Of a stretch of DNA of 56,208 nucleotides, positions 34,477-43,511 are shown piece after piece. Origin of the DNA: a virus (lineage: Duplodnaviria > Caudoviricetes); the IMG/VR virus record IMGVR_UViG_3300017754_001331, positions 1 through 56,208 of that record. One strand, written 5' to 3'. A program made the position numbers and the translations under genes. Each line of letters opens with the position of its first letter. Position 1 is the first letter of the stretch. The notes under the pieces are model-generated. The model searched no databases, was not told the DNA's origin, and was given only the letters and a program-made list of their open reading frames with translations.

Positions 34477-36896
34477 TACGCTTCCTTCAGACTGAGCGGA
34501 GTTTCGCCAAGGTGGATAGCCCGAACCCGGATATCGCCAGTGACGCCAACCTCAAATGTGTCGGAGCGGTAGCCGGTCGGGAGGCGGAAAGTACCTATGT
34601 CGGTGACCGTGGTAGTCATCAGCAACTGCTTATCCACCCAGAACTTGAACGTGATGTTGTTCGCCGTAGCCCATGGAGACGTGTCGTTTTGCCACTCTTG
34701 CGACGCACTATCCCAAGTCGTTGTCACTTCGACGAAGTCAGCGATAACCCGAGCCGCCCCGAGATTGATCATGTCCGGTGTCTTGATGACCTTGGACTTC
34801 CACTCTTGAGTGAGCGCAGGCTGGTTGAGATTATCCCACTCATACACGTCGCCGTTGGTGCCGGTAACGCAGAAGAGCCGCCCACTGATGGAGTCGTACC
34901 ACGAAGCGGTATAGGTAAAGTCGAGGTCGACATACTGACCACCGATGTTCCTGTCCGGCTCAAAGGCAAAGCCACCAGTAGAGTGAGACGCCAGATAAGC
35001 GTCCCCGTAGAACTCGCCCACGATGGTGTTGGGGTCCAGTTCCACTAACCATGTGTCGTTGTTGAAGTTCGACCGGGTGATGATCGTCGGACCGCTGGAC
35101 GGAGAGAATACGGCCATGCCGTCGTGGGTGGGGTAGACCACGCCATAGTTCATAGCGACAATCCCCTTGCGGTTGAGGCAAGGATAAAGCGCGTCGATGC
35201 GTTGCACGCTCATACCAGCAGCCGGGTCGCTCCCAGCCACAAGATAGGGATACCCCTTGGTAAGGACCAAGATCGAGCCGTTGACCGGAGCCAGACCGAC
35301 GATGTCATACTCGAAGGTGATTGCGTATGCGATTGGCCATGCGTGCGGAACCGCAGGATCAGTCAGGTAGAGCTTATTCCCGACGAAGCCTGCGAGGATG
35401 TTGTTCTGCGCAGCGATCAAACCTTCAAGGTTATCAGGAGGCGCGTCATACTCATCCGAGGTCAGGATATCGATCAGGTTCAGCGGATCGAAGTCGTCGA
35501 TGAAATCATAGTTGCCACCGTCGCCCCAGTATCGAGCAGTTGTCGTGGGCGGGTTTTCTGATACGTCATAGTAGAGCGTACCCGCAGCGACAGCGGTAGT
35601 GGCCACATCGGCAGCAGCCTGCGCATAGGTAAACGTATAGTCATCAGGGATATCGACGACGATGCCGCCCGTGATGTCGAACGAAGCATCAGAGCATCCG
35701 CTGATTTTGAACCGGTCCCCGATACCAAGATTGTGCGGGAACTCCAGCTTGACGGTCGATACACTGCTAGCCCGGCTGACAGTGGCCAGATCGGTGGGGA
35801 ACCACAGCGTCTTGAGGCGGAAATACTCTGTGCCAGTAGCAGTGGCGAGCGTGCGATAAAGCCGGATACCACGCACAAAGTTATCGCCTGATGGCTTCGC
35901 AGTCGGGAGACTACCGACCGTGATGGTCACCCCCTCCTTGACGAACACATCATCAGTCGGGTCGGACGCGATGCTCTCTTCTTCCCACGGCGTATACCAT
36001 GTGTAGACATATGAGCGTGACTGTGTCGGACCGCCGAGATCGATATTACCACCGGCAAACGCAGTCGTTGCGATCTGCGGACCCGGACTGAAATACTCGA
36101 TGGTCGAAGCGTCGATGACCGTAGCCTGTATACCCGTCACGTTGAACGAGGTCATGCTGAGGCGGACAGTGCCGACAGCGGTTGGTGCCACAGGGACATT
36201 GACTGTGAAGGTGTTAACCCCCGTGACCGTAGCCGTGTAGACGCCGTCGATAGCGTCACCGGAAGTGAAGTCGAGGATAACCTGCGGAGTACCTGTGAGA
36301 CCGTGGCTCGCGATAGTGCACGTCACCGTGGTGCCGACATAGGTATAGGACCCAGCCAGATAGCTGAACCCGGTTACCGTGATGTAGGCACCCTCTTTCA
36401 GGCCATGAGGTGAGCCAGTGGTCAGGGTCGCGGTGTTGTTATTGTCGCGCTCGTAGGTCGCAGTCATCGCCGTAGTGAATGGCGTAACCACCACAGTCGG
36501 CTTGGTTGTGGGGAGCGGCAGCCCGAGTTCGTAATAGTTAGTGGGGTACGGACCTGTCCCTTCGAACGCCAGCGAGTAGTTGCTGACCTTCGGCGTACCG
36601 TCGCCGGTATAATAGAACCGCTGGTCCGATATGTCGGACGATGTCACGACGGCAGTGTCCACGTCAGTGGTCCATGACAGCCACTGGTTTTCGCCAAGGG
36701 AGTCCTTGAGCGCGTAGAGTGTTTTGATCGTACCGGTGCGTCCTGTGTTACCAACTACGACAGGTTGCGGGTATGGAATGAGGTCGCCAGAATAGAGCTT
36801 CGTATTGCGTGCGATCTGCCCGGCAGTCTCCGGTAGGAGTTCCGGTGAAATCTTTGGTGCAACACCAAAGAAGTTTGTGATCTTCACGCCAGCCAT
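34476..36896 (-). CDS. Tail nozzle / stabilization protein (tail tubular B-like)
   Basis: 806 aa; FFGVAP N-terminus, propeller-like repeats (LAGFVGNKLY...PHAWP), WKSK, FRLP..YR C-terminus. Confidence 0.8.
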   Translation of the reverse strand: MAGVKITNFFGVAPKISPELLPETAGQIARNTKLYSGDLIPYPQPVVVGNTGRTGTIKTLYALKDSLGENQWLSWTTDVDTAVVTSSDISDQRFYYTGDGTPKVSNYSLAFEGTGPYPTNYYELGLPLPTTKPTVVVTPFTTAMTATYERDNNNTATLTTGSPHGLKEGAYITVTGFSYLAGSYTYVGTTVTCTIASHGLTGTPQVILDFTSGDAIDGVYTATVTGVNTFTVNVPVAPTAVGTVRLSMTSFNVTGIQATVIDASTIEYFSPGPQIATTAFAGGNIDLGGPTQSRSYVYTWYTPWEEESIASDPTDDVFVKEGVTITVGSLPTAKPSGDNFVRGIRLYRTLATATGTEYFRLKTLWFPTDLATVSRASSVSTVKLEFPHNLGIGDRFKISGCSDASFDITGGIVVDIPDDYTFTYAQAAADVATTAVAAGTLYYDVSENPPTTTARYWGDGGNYDFIDDFDPLNLIDILTSDEYDAPPDNLEGLIAAQNNILAGFVGNKLYLTDPAVPHAWPIAYAITFEYDIVGLAPVNGSILVLTKGYPYLVAGSDPAAGMSVQRIDALYPCLNRKGIVAMNYGVVYPTHDGMAVFSPSSGPTIITRSNFNNDTWLVELDPNTIVGEFYGDAYLASHSTGGFAFEPDRNIGGQYVDLDFTYTASWYDSISGRLFCVTGTNGDVYEWDNLNQPALTQEWKSKVIKTPDMINLGAARVIADFVEVTTTWDSASQEWQNDTSPWATANNITFKFWVDKQLLMTTTVTDIGTFRLPTGYRSDTFEVGVTGDIRVRAIHLGETPLSLKEA

Positions 36897-36907
36897 GATA
36901 TACTCAT

Positions 36908-37498
36908 TTACTCCATTTTCATCGGTTCTGGTAGTAGGTTGTTGAACTCAGCTATCTTTCGAATATGATTGATAAATGTGTCGACAGACATACTGCGCTT
37001 CATCATATTGCAGGGCGCACAGCAGGGGACGGTATTTTCCGGTGAATAGCCTTGTTCGTTATCCACACGGTCAACCCCATTGTAGCGAAATACTTCGTCA
37101 CTGAAGCGGTGGTTCCAAATATTGTTCGGTGGTGAACCGCAATAATGACAGTCGCTGGTAATCATTGCGAACCATTGATCTTCCGTGACTTCGAATGAAC
37201 GACCCATCCTCCTAGCATTTACTTTATAATGGTGTATTGTATTATTTCGAACTACTTCCCATAACGGTTTGCGGAAAGTTTCAGAGGCTATCTGCGCCTT
37301 AAGATGCCCACAAGACCTAACCTTAGTGTTACGTAGGGTCGTACCTAGTACGGCTTTCTCCTTACCGCAGGAACATTTTATTAACCACTTGGGGCGAGGT
37401 CTACCGCTACCCGGGGTACTGTACCCGGCGAAACCGAGCACTATCATTTCTCCAAAAACCACTCCGGTTAGGTCCTTAATGCGTGGTGGTATATTCAT
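36908..37498 (-). CDS. Free-standing HNH homing endonuclease
   Basis: DLTG..FG.M.V, W.IKCSCG, SCG; CHYCG...NGVDRVDN..GYSPENTVPCCAPCN..K; ATG 37498 overlaps the spanin stop; visibly AT-richer than its flanks. Confidence 0.88.
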   Translation of the reverse strand: MNIPPRIKDLTGVVFGEMIVLGFAGYSTPGSGRPRPKWLIKCSCGKEKAVLGTTLRNTKVRSCGHLKAQIASETFRKPLWEVVRNNTIHHYKVNARRMGRSFEVTEDQWFAMITSDCHYCGSPPNNIWNHRFSDEVFRYNGVDRVDNEQGYSPENTVPCCAPCNMMKRSMSVDTFINHIRKIAEFNNLLPEPMKME

Positions 37499-37710
37499 TG
37501 TTTTGGGCAATCTGGTGGATCGCCGCAAAGGCAGGCCCATTTGCTGTTATGTTGCTCGATCAGTTTTATCGTCTCAGCCGTGTCTTTCGTGCTATCGTAA
37601 GAGATCGGCTTGGCAATACGACAGTACTCACCTTGTGTCACGGCTCCGGTCAAATCGGTTACGCAGCCGTTCGTCGCGCTCAGGATCAGGGATAGTGATA
37701 GCAGCTTCAC
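37495..37710 (-). CDS. o-spanin (Rz1-like lipoprotein)
   Basis: GTG start gives MKLLSLSLILSATNGC (lipobox-like); Cys-rich; overlaps the i-spanin in another frame. Confidence 0.75.
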   Translation of the reverse strand: MKLLSLSLILSATNGCVTDLTGAVTQGEYCRIAKPISYDSTKDTAETIKLIEQHNSKWACLCGDPPDCPKQ

Positions 37711-37849
37711 CAAGTTCGATCTGTCGGTTAATCGCATCGTTCATCTCCTTGACGGTTTCCTGACGACCCTGCCGCTTCCAATGCTGCTGGTCGAAGAATG
37801 CAAACAGCCTGTCGATAACAGCCAGCAGGGCCGTCAGGAACTTCATCAT
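37628..37849 (-). CDS. i-spanin (Rz-like)
   Basis: N-terminal hydrophobic segment then a charged helix; follows the holin and overlaps the o-spanin. Confidence 0.65.
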   Translation of the reverse strand: MMKFLTALLAVIDRLFAFFDQQHWKRQGRQETVKEMNDAINRQIELGEAAITIPDPERDERLRNRFDRSRDTR

Positions 37850-38028
37850 TCAGACTTCTCGGCGCGGTCAGCCAGAACAACAGCGACCAGACCAGCAACG
37901 CCAGCGAGTGCGGTGGAAGCCGCAGTGTACACTTCGTTGGATACACCGAAAGCCAGTGCGAGACCGGATAGGCCAGCATAGGTGCTCGGTTCTTTCAGTC
38001 GGGCCAAAAGCCAATGCAAAAAGTTCAT
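37846..38028 (-). CDS. Putative holin (60 aa, two TM segments)
   Basis: RLKEPSTYAGL motif plus two hydrophobic helices; directly after the endolysin. Confidence 0.7.
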   Translation of the reverse strand: MNFLHWLLARLKEPSTYAGLSGLALAFGVSNEVYTAASTALAGVAGLVAVVLADRAEKSE

Positions 38029-38029
38029 A

Positions 38030-38422
38030 TCATTTCCCCTTCGGATATTGCTTCCAAGGAAGCTCCCAATGCGGACCATCTTTGAAGGTACGCCAGTCAC
38101 CGCCCCATTGGAGCGGAACTTTCTCTAGGTTGGCAGCAGACTTCACAGTCTTAGCCAGCCGGTGGTATAAGGGCCAATCCCATGACACCTTTCCATCGAG
38201 CATCGGTGCCAGATCGACAGCGTGCCCGGTCAGGTGGCGTGAGTTCAACGTCTTGGTCGCGCCCTGCTGCATCAACTGCTTCTGCCGCGCTTCGGTACGC
38301 AGACCTTCCAGCACGGTGAAGTCAAGATCGGACATAGCCGCAGCACGCTTGACGACGCGCACCAAATCAGGGTGCACGCCTTCGAGACGCATGAGTGACC
38401 GGCTACCTAACGTAATGCTCAT
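38030..38422 (-). CDS. Endolysin, peptidase M15 family (L-Ala-D-Glu peptidase type)
   Basis: LEGVHPDL, EGLRT..RQ, SRHLTGHAVD, WGGDW..FKDGPHWEL. Confidence 0.93.
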   Translation of the reverse strand: MSITLGSRSLMRLEGVHPDLVRVVKRAAAMSDLDFTVLEGLRTEARQKQLMQQGATKTLNSRHLTGHAVDLAPMLDGKVSWDWPLYHRLAKTVKSAANLEKVPLQWGGDWRTFKDGPHWELPWKQYPKGK

Positions 38423-38424
38423 AA

Positions 38425-38712
38425 TTACCCCATCGATGGATCGAACCCATCAACCTTTCGTGCAGGTCTAAACTGGCCGAGCATGGTCGGATCGTAGTCT
38501 GAAGGACCACGGAAAGAACCGAACCCGGTGGTCGGACCCTGCGTTACCTGCTTGCCCATCGTGAGCGTACCCATAGCAGGAGAGCTAGGAGCTACTGGGC
38601 TTTTGCCAGCGCGGAAACCGGGACTCACTTTCATGGCACCAGCATAGTCAGCCGCAGCAGCACTACCCGCCGCCTGCTTACCCGCCTTGGTATTCCAGTA
38701 GCTCTTAGCCAT
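38425..38712 (-). CDS. Small low-complexity basic protein (95 aa)
   Basis: ATG 38712 (MAKSYWNTK...) immediately after the upstream stop. Confidence 0.6.
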   Translation of the reverse strand: MAKSYWNTKAGKQAAGSAAAADYAGAMKVSPGFRAGKSPVAPSSPAMGTLTMGKQVTQGPTTGFGSFRGPSDYDPTMLGQFRPARKVDGFDPSMG

Positions 38713-38713
38713 G

Positions 38714-38842
38714 TTACTTACCTTTCGCTTTGGCCATGCACTTGCCCATAGCCCGGCACTTGGCAGGCGACGGGCACTTGGCGCAAGGCTTGAAAACCAT
38801 TCCACCCTTCTGATACGACATCATCTTCTTCTTACCCGGCAT
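38714..38842 (-). CDS. 42-aa Lys/Cys-rich microprotein with YQKGGMV motif
   Basis: MPGKKKMMSYQKGGMVFKPCAKCPSPAKCRAMGKCMAKAKGK; AGGAG SD; not in the ORF track. Confidence 0.75.
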   Translation of the reverse strand: MPGKKKMMSYQKGGMVFKPCAKCPSPAKCRAMGKCMAKAKGK

Positions 38843-38854
38843 AATAACTCTCCT

Positions 38855-39163
38855 TCACAACAAACCCAATTTCGCACCTGCGAAACCCATGACAGCCATG
38901 ACCATACCCAAGATGAACCTGTCCACCCAAGCACTAGTCTCCTTCGCCTTAGGCGCTGTCAGTTCTAATTTGGAAAGCCGGTCCTCAACCTTACCGATAG
39001 CTTTGAACGCACGCTCCATCGCGTCGGCAGTCTGTGCCTGACGTTCCTCAACAAGCGCCAGCTTGGTGATTGCCTTCGATAACTCGTTCAGCGCGGTTTT
39101 CATATCAACCACGTCGCTATGCAGCATATCCAATTTGACAGTCAGGACATTCTCTTGGTTCAC
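38855..39163 (-). CDS. Coiled-coil protein with C-terminal TM (lysis-associated/holin-like)
   Basis: Heptad helix followed by a hydrophobic C-terminus; GAGGG SD, GTG start. Confidence 0.7.
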   Translation of the reverse strand: MNQENVLTVKLDMLHSDVVDMKTALNELSKAITKLALVEERQAQTADAMERAFKAIGKVEDRLSKLELTAPKAKETSAWVDRFILGMVMAVMGFAGAKLGLL

Positions 39164-39175
39164 GGTAGTACCCTC

Positions 39176-39514
39176 TTACAGACCTTCACCGGGCGTAACA
39201 TAGATTACAGATGTACCTGAAACTGTGTCGCCAGTGAAAAAAGAATTGGCGGGGAAACCGAGAATTTCCACGGCACCGGGAAGGATGGGCACAGCGCCAG
39301 CGGCAACAGAGACCGCAGCAGCTTTAGCGGCGGTGTCATCGACACCCACGCCGAGAAGTACAACCTCTGTACCTGCGTTGACAATGCGGAACTCCCGCGC
39401 CGGGCGCGTAGTCGGGGTTGTAGACACAGCCTGTACCGAAGTCGGGGCTGTAGCCGCAGCAGTGAACGTCACTGTGAGGCCAAGTGGGCTAAATGCGTTG
39501 GTGGTCATAACCAT
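39176..39514 (-). CDS. Small beta-rich structural protein
   Basis: Thr/Ala/Val-rich; ends VIYVTPGEGL. Confidence 0.7.
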   Translation of the reverse strand: MVMTTNAFSPLGLTVTFTAAATAPTSVQAVSTTPTTRPAREFRIVNAGTEVVLLGVGVDDTAAKAAAVSVAAGAVPILPGAVEILGFPANSFFTGDTVSGTSVIYVTPGEGL

Positions 39515-39519
39515 TACTC

Positions 39520-41181
39520 CTATGCCATGAGTCGCTTGGACTTGCGGGTGCTATACATTGTCCTACCTATCTGTGTGAGGAAGCTCCAACCAGTATTGCC
39601 ACTCACGTTTACACTACCTCCGCTTAATGGTGCCAGCCATGTAGCGCCACCTGTAGCAGTGATATCTCGAATCGATGTATAGTACAATGTGTTTGCCCCG
39701 CTACTATCGCTCAGTGTAGCTGCGGAACCCGCGCTGCTGCTGTTCAAAGTAATAAGATTACCGGACGTACCACCTAGATCGACGGCGGTTACAGTCTGCG
39801 TAGTACCAGCTGTAAGCGTGACCGTCGCAGGCTGCACCGTGTTGGTGATGTTCGCAAAGGTGTTGCTCTGTTGGATAGTCAGCGCGCCGGAACCGCCCTG
39901 ATTAAGTGTCGGCCATGATTTTGCGCCGCCAGCAAACGTCTTACCACTCGCACTAGTCATGCTGATGGTGCCTGTAGACGCACTGACAGTTAAGTTTGCT
40001 ACGTTAGTGTTTGCATCCCACGCAGTCCCACTGCCAGTGATAGACCATGTGCCAGACCCTAAAGTCAGGGTCTTTGTTCCCGCGCCGAGTGCAAACGAGC
40101 CTAGGCTTGCGTTCTGACTGTTTCCGTTTAGCGTGCCATTGGTCAAGGTTACAACTCGTGTTGAACCTGCTGCAAATGCGTCTGCAAACTGCCAAGTGCC
40201 GCCCACCCCGTTAAAGGTGATCGGAAAATCTAAAGTCTTCCCGATGCAAGTGATGGAATGCGTGCCGGACGTAGCTGCGAACGTCGAGACGCTTGCTCCT
40301 GCACCGACTGTGGTTCCGGACGAGAGTGTTAAGCTACCATATATATTTCGGCCATTGTTCGCGAAGGTACCCGAAAATCCGGTAAGATTTATGTTCCTAG
40401 CATTACCGATGGTAGCCGTGTCTGTCCCCGCAGTCACAAAAAAGTCGGGCGTGTTGGCCTCGGTTGCCCCTGCGGTGGTACCGTGGAAAAGATTGCGGCT
40501 ACCGACAGAGCCGGAGTACGTGGCTTCAACGATAGGGACACCAGTATAGCTGAAATTAGTAGCTGTCTGGACGGCCCATACGTTTACAGCATTTCTATAG
40601 AGGGAAATTTTCCCCCCGTTGAACGCAATGCTGCGGACATTCGAGTTACTCGACGCAAGCGAAGAGGAGTAAAGGACTTTCCCATTCAGATTTATGGAAC
40701 CGTTGGTTAACGTCACTGATAGGTTTGTTTTGGCAGGGTTGTTAGCGCCAAGATCGCTCAAAAGCTGCCAAGTGCCGCCGACGCCATCAAACGTGATAAA
40801 ATTATCTAAGTCGTACCCATTGAAGTCAATGGTCACAGAACTTGTCGCCGCAAAGGTTATGCTTTGGAATCCTGCGCGAGTCAGACGCGTTGATGGAAAC
40901 GACAGCGATCCATACACAACCCAAAGATTGCTGTGCGTTAGGGTCATCGTGAAATCTAAGTTAGAAACCGTTATGTTTCGGCAAACTGCGCCAACTCCAA
41001 GTGTAACGTTGAATGTGGTTCCGTTATCAGAAGCGGCGTCGAAGACAACATCATCTGCCGAGGTAGGCGCAGACACAGCAGGTGTAGTGCGACCAACATC
41101 GGTAAACCAGTTCGTTGTGCCTGCCGCGCTCCATGTGCCCGTAGATGTTCCTCCAGATGGCCCCCAATAATATGTAGCCAT
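39520..41181 (-). CDS. Beta-helix-like fibre/adhesin protein (553 aa)
   Basis: YYW.....GTWS...NW...P...DDVVFD start; Gly/Thr/Ser/Asn beta repeats with an internal duplication (ITFxGVGGTWQ x2). Confidence 0.7.
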   Translation of the reverse strand: MATYYWGPSGGTSTGTWSAAGTTNWFTDVGRTTPAVSAPTSADDVVFDAASDNGTTFNVTLGVGAVCRNITVSNLDFTMTLTHSNLWVVYGSLSFPSTRLTRAGFQSITFAATSSVTIDFNGYDLDNFITFDGVGGTWQLLSDLGANNPAKTNLSVTLTNGSINLNGKVLYSSSLASSNSNVRSIAFNGGKISLYRNAVNVWAVQTATNFSYTGVPIVEATYSGSVGSRNLFHGTTAGATEANTPDFFVTAGTDTATIGNARNINLTGFSGTFANNGRNIYGSLTLSSGTTVGAGASVSTFAATSGTHSITCIGKTLDFPITFNGVGGTWQFADAFAAGSTRVVTLTNGTLNGNSQNASLGSFALGAGTKTLTLGSGTWSITGSGTAWDANTNVANLTVSASTGTISMTSASGKTFAGGAKSWPTLNQGGSGALTIQQSNTFANITNTVQPATVTLTAGTTQTVTAVDLGGTSGNLITLNSSSAGSAATLSDSSGANTLYYTSIRDITATGGATWLAPLSGGSVNVSGNTGWSFLTQIGRTMYSTRKSKRLMA

Positions 41182-43172
41182 TACAACGCCCCCAAAACAA
41201 ACATTGCAAGCTCTTCGTAGCGTACGCCGTAGCGAGACGAACCGTCGTCGAGGACGTCGTGGCAGAACATGCCGTAGCGAGAAGCATCTAGCCCTTCGGC
41301 TTCAAACGCTGCTGCCACGTCCTGTGCGATAACGCCCACATGGATGCGCGCATTTTCGCCTTTAAGTTGTACCGCATCTTTAAGGCGGAATTTCTTAACA
41401 AGCCCTTTGATCCGCAATGCTACTCGTTTTTCAGCAGCGTCAAGATCAGCGATATCCTGCTTTGCCTCGCGGTCAGAGGTATTGATCGTGCCAGTCGAAG
41501 CATAAACGGTGGACCACCGGTTTGAAGCCCCGCCCAGATTTACAACGCCATCAGAAACTGGCCTAAAAACACCGGTAGCACACTGGACTACAGAAGCTCC
41601 TTCTGGAGCTAGGTATATGCCGCCGCTCCCAGAAGTGATATTCATAAAGTTTGCGCCAGTATCAGAGCCTATGAACCAATCATCGCTGGAACTAAGCGCC
41701 ATTCCGTTTTTCGCTGAACCAGCGGAATCATTAAAGTAGATATTTTTATTGTTGGACATGTGGAAAGCACTGTCCAAGAAAAAAATCTGGTTCGAGTCAT
41801 ATCTCACACGGACATTACTAGAGTCTTGCCCATACTGAAGTATGATGCCGCCGGGTGAGCCGGTACCAATGCTTTTCACTATAACGGAATTGGCATTTCC
41901 ATTATTTACAATGGTGGAATTTATCGTATTGTTTGACGCATCCAACGTGTGTTGCGACGTACCCAACGCGAAGGTAATGGTCTGTGTGCTGAATTGATTG
42001 CCACTGAAGGTAGAGTTAGAGAACTCTACAGTAACATCCCCTAGGATACGAGCGTTAGTCGTCATACCGCCGTTTGTGCCAGCGGGGCCGGTTCCTTTTT
42101 TGACGTTCAGCTTACCGAACTGACCGCCGGAAATAACATGTGACCCAGTGTCGACCAGCAAAATCCCACCGGTTGCCTGCGAAGTATATATACCGACAAG
42201 CTGGTGATAGAGTGTGGCTGTCCCGGAAACGCCGATCTCAATATCGTAGCCGGAAGCGGTGCCATCTGTAGTGGTATATGTACCACAAGTACCCAAAACT
42301 TGGACGTGAGCGCCGGTTGCTTTCAACGCCCGCCCCGGAGTGCCGTAAGACGAACAGTTGATGAAGCGCGGGTTGCTTCCGGTCGAGTTTATATTGTCGC
42401 CAGTGAACCCTGTCCCAACAAACTGAATGCCGCTGAACTCGACATAAATGCCTGTTGATGTAAGCAAAACGCCATTGGCGTTTTTAACGATGTTGACTTG
42501 GCCTTGTGCGTGGAACCGTTGAAAATTGGTCGACTGCGTAAGCGGACCGCAGGCATAGTTTCCGGCGGGGAAATAAATGTCGCTACCCGTGTCAATTGCA
42601 GCCTGAACGGCTGCAGTGTCATTGGCCACACCGTTGCCGACAGCACCGAAATCTTTGACTGAAACGAAGTCGCGTAATTTTGCCTGAAGCGTGCGCGCAG
42701 TCGCGCCAGTACCTGATGCGATGTGACCGACGAGCGACGATCCGGAAGACGCAGCCAGTGCAGAAAGTGAGACCTTCTCGCTATCGAGTTCAGCAATCGC
42801 GTCCTGCACGTTGGTCGAACTGATCGCGCCTGTCGGAGCGAAACTAATCTCACTCGCCTGATCGTGCTCATCAACCATATCAGTGATGGATGCAGCCGTG
42901 ACGCGGACCTCGATGCGTGAACCAGAGACGAAACTCTGTGCCGTGGTGCCTTCCTGAGCACGAACAATGGTCATCGTGTCGCCGACACGCGCCGTTACCT
43001 TAACCACTTCATAGGTGCCGCCAGAGCTTACCAGCGTGGCGTAAAAGTAATCACTCGCGCCGAGAGTAGGAAACAGCGACCCGGTGCCAGCAGCAACAGC
43101 CAGACCAACGTCAGAGGCACTGATCGCGGTGGTGATCGTGCTAGTTGCGTTGTTCTTTAGAATGACACCCAT
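41181..43172 (-). CDS. Tailspike with pectate-lyase-like beta-helix and C-terminal S74 intramolecular chaperone
   Basis: KLRDFVSVKDFGAVGNGVANDTAA; TINTSDREAK...HVGVIAQ...YGVRYEEL; GAGGA SD before ATG 43172. Confidence 0.88.
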   Translation of the reverse strand: MGVILKNNATSTITTAISASDVGLAVAAGTGSLFPTLGASDYFYATLVSSGGTYEVVKVTARVGDTMTIVRAQEGTTAQSFVSGSRIEVRVTAASITDMVDEHDQASEISFAPTGAISSTNVQDAIAELDSEKVSLSALAASSGSSLVGHIASGTGATARTLQAKLRDFVSVKDFGAVGNGVANDTAAVQAAIDTGSDIYFPAGNYACGPLTQSTNFQRFHAQGQVNIVKNANGVLLTSTGIYVEFSGIQFVGTGFTGDNINSTGSNPRFINCSSYGTPGRALKATGAHVQVLGTCGTYTTTDGTASGYDIEIGVSGTATLYHQLVGIYTSQATGGILLVDTGSHVISGGQFGKLNVKKGTGPAGTNGGMTTNARILGDVTVEFSNSTFSGNQFSTQTITFALGTSQHTLDASNNTINSTIVNNGNANSVIVKSIGTGSPGGIILQYGQDSSNVRVRYDSNQIFFLDSAFHMSNNKNIYFNDSAGSAKNGMALSSSDDWFIGSDTGANFMNITSGSGGIYLAPEGASVVQCATGVFRPVSDGVVNLGGASNRWSTVYASTGTINTSDREAKQDIADLDAAEKRVALRIKGLVKKFRLKDAVQLKGENARIHVGVIAQDVAAAFEAEGLDASRYGMFCHDVLDDGSSRYGVRYEELAMFVLGAL

Positions 43173-43179
43173 ATCGTCC

Positions 43180-43509
43180 TCACAAAAGCAGGAAGTCGTA
43201 GTTCGAGACAAACGACTCCAGAACACTAGCAGCAGTAACCCGAAGCTCAAAGCGGCTGTTAGTAGGGAAAGGTAAAGCAAGGGTCCCCTCCTGAGCGCGC
43301 ACGATAGTCATCACGTCGTCGGTACGGGCCGTGACCTTGACCACTTCGAAGTTGTTATTGGTGTCGCTCAGGGTGGCGTAGAAGTAGTCGCCCGTGCTGA
43401 GAACCGGGAAGATCAAGCCTGTGCCGGTAGCGACCGTGAGGGATAGCGCAGTACTGGAGACTGCCGCCGCCGTGGTGGTCGTTGCGTTATTGGTTACTTT
43501 CACACCCAT
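43180..43509 (-). CDS. Stand-alone paralog of the tailspike N-terminal attachment domain
   Basis: 56 of 96 positions identical (hand count, ungapped) to the N-terminus of 41181..43172. Confidence 0.85.
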   Translation of the reverse strand: MGVKVTNNATTTTAAAVSSTALSLTVATGTGLIFPVLSTGDYFYATLSDTNNNFEVVKVTARTDDVMTIVRAQEGTLALPFPTNSRFELRVTAASVLESFVSNYDFLLL

Positions 43510-43511
43510 CG

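Noticed and set aside
43172-43280. Programmed frameshift fusing the 109-aa gene to the tailspike
   Set aside because: The spike frame is open upstream, but I see no canonical slippery heptamer and the spike has its own GAGGA SD and ATG.
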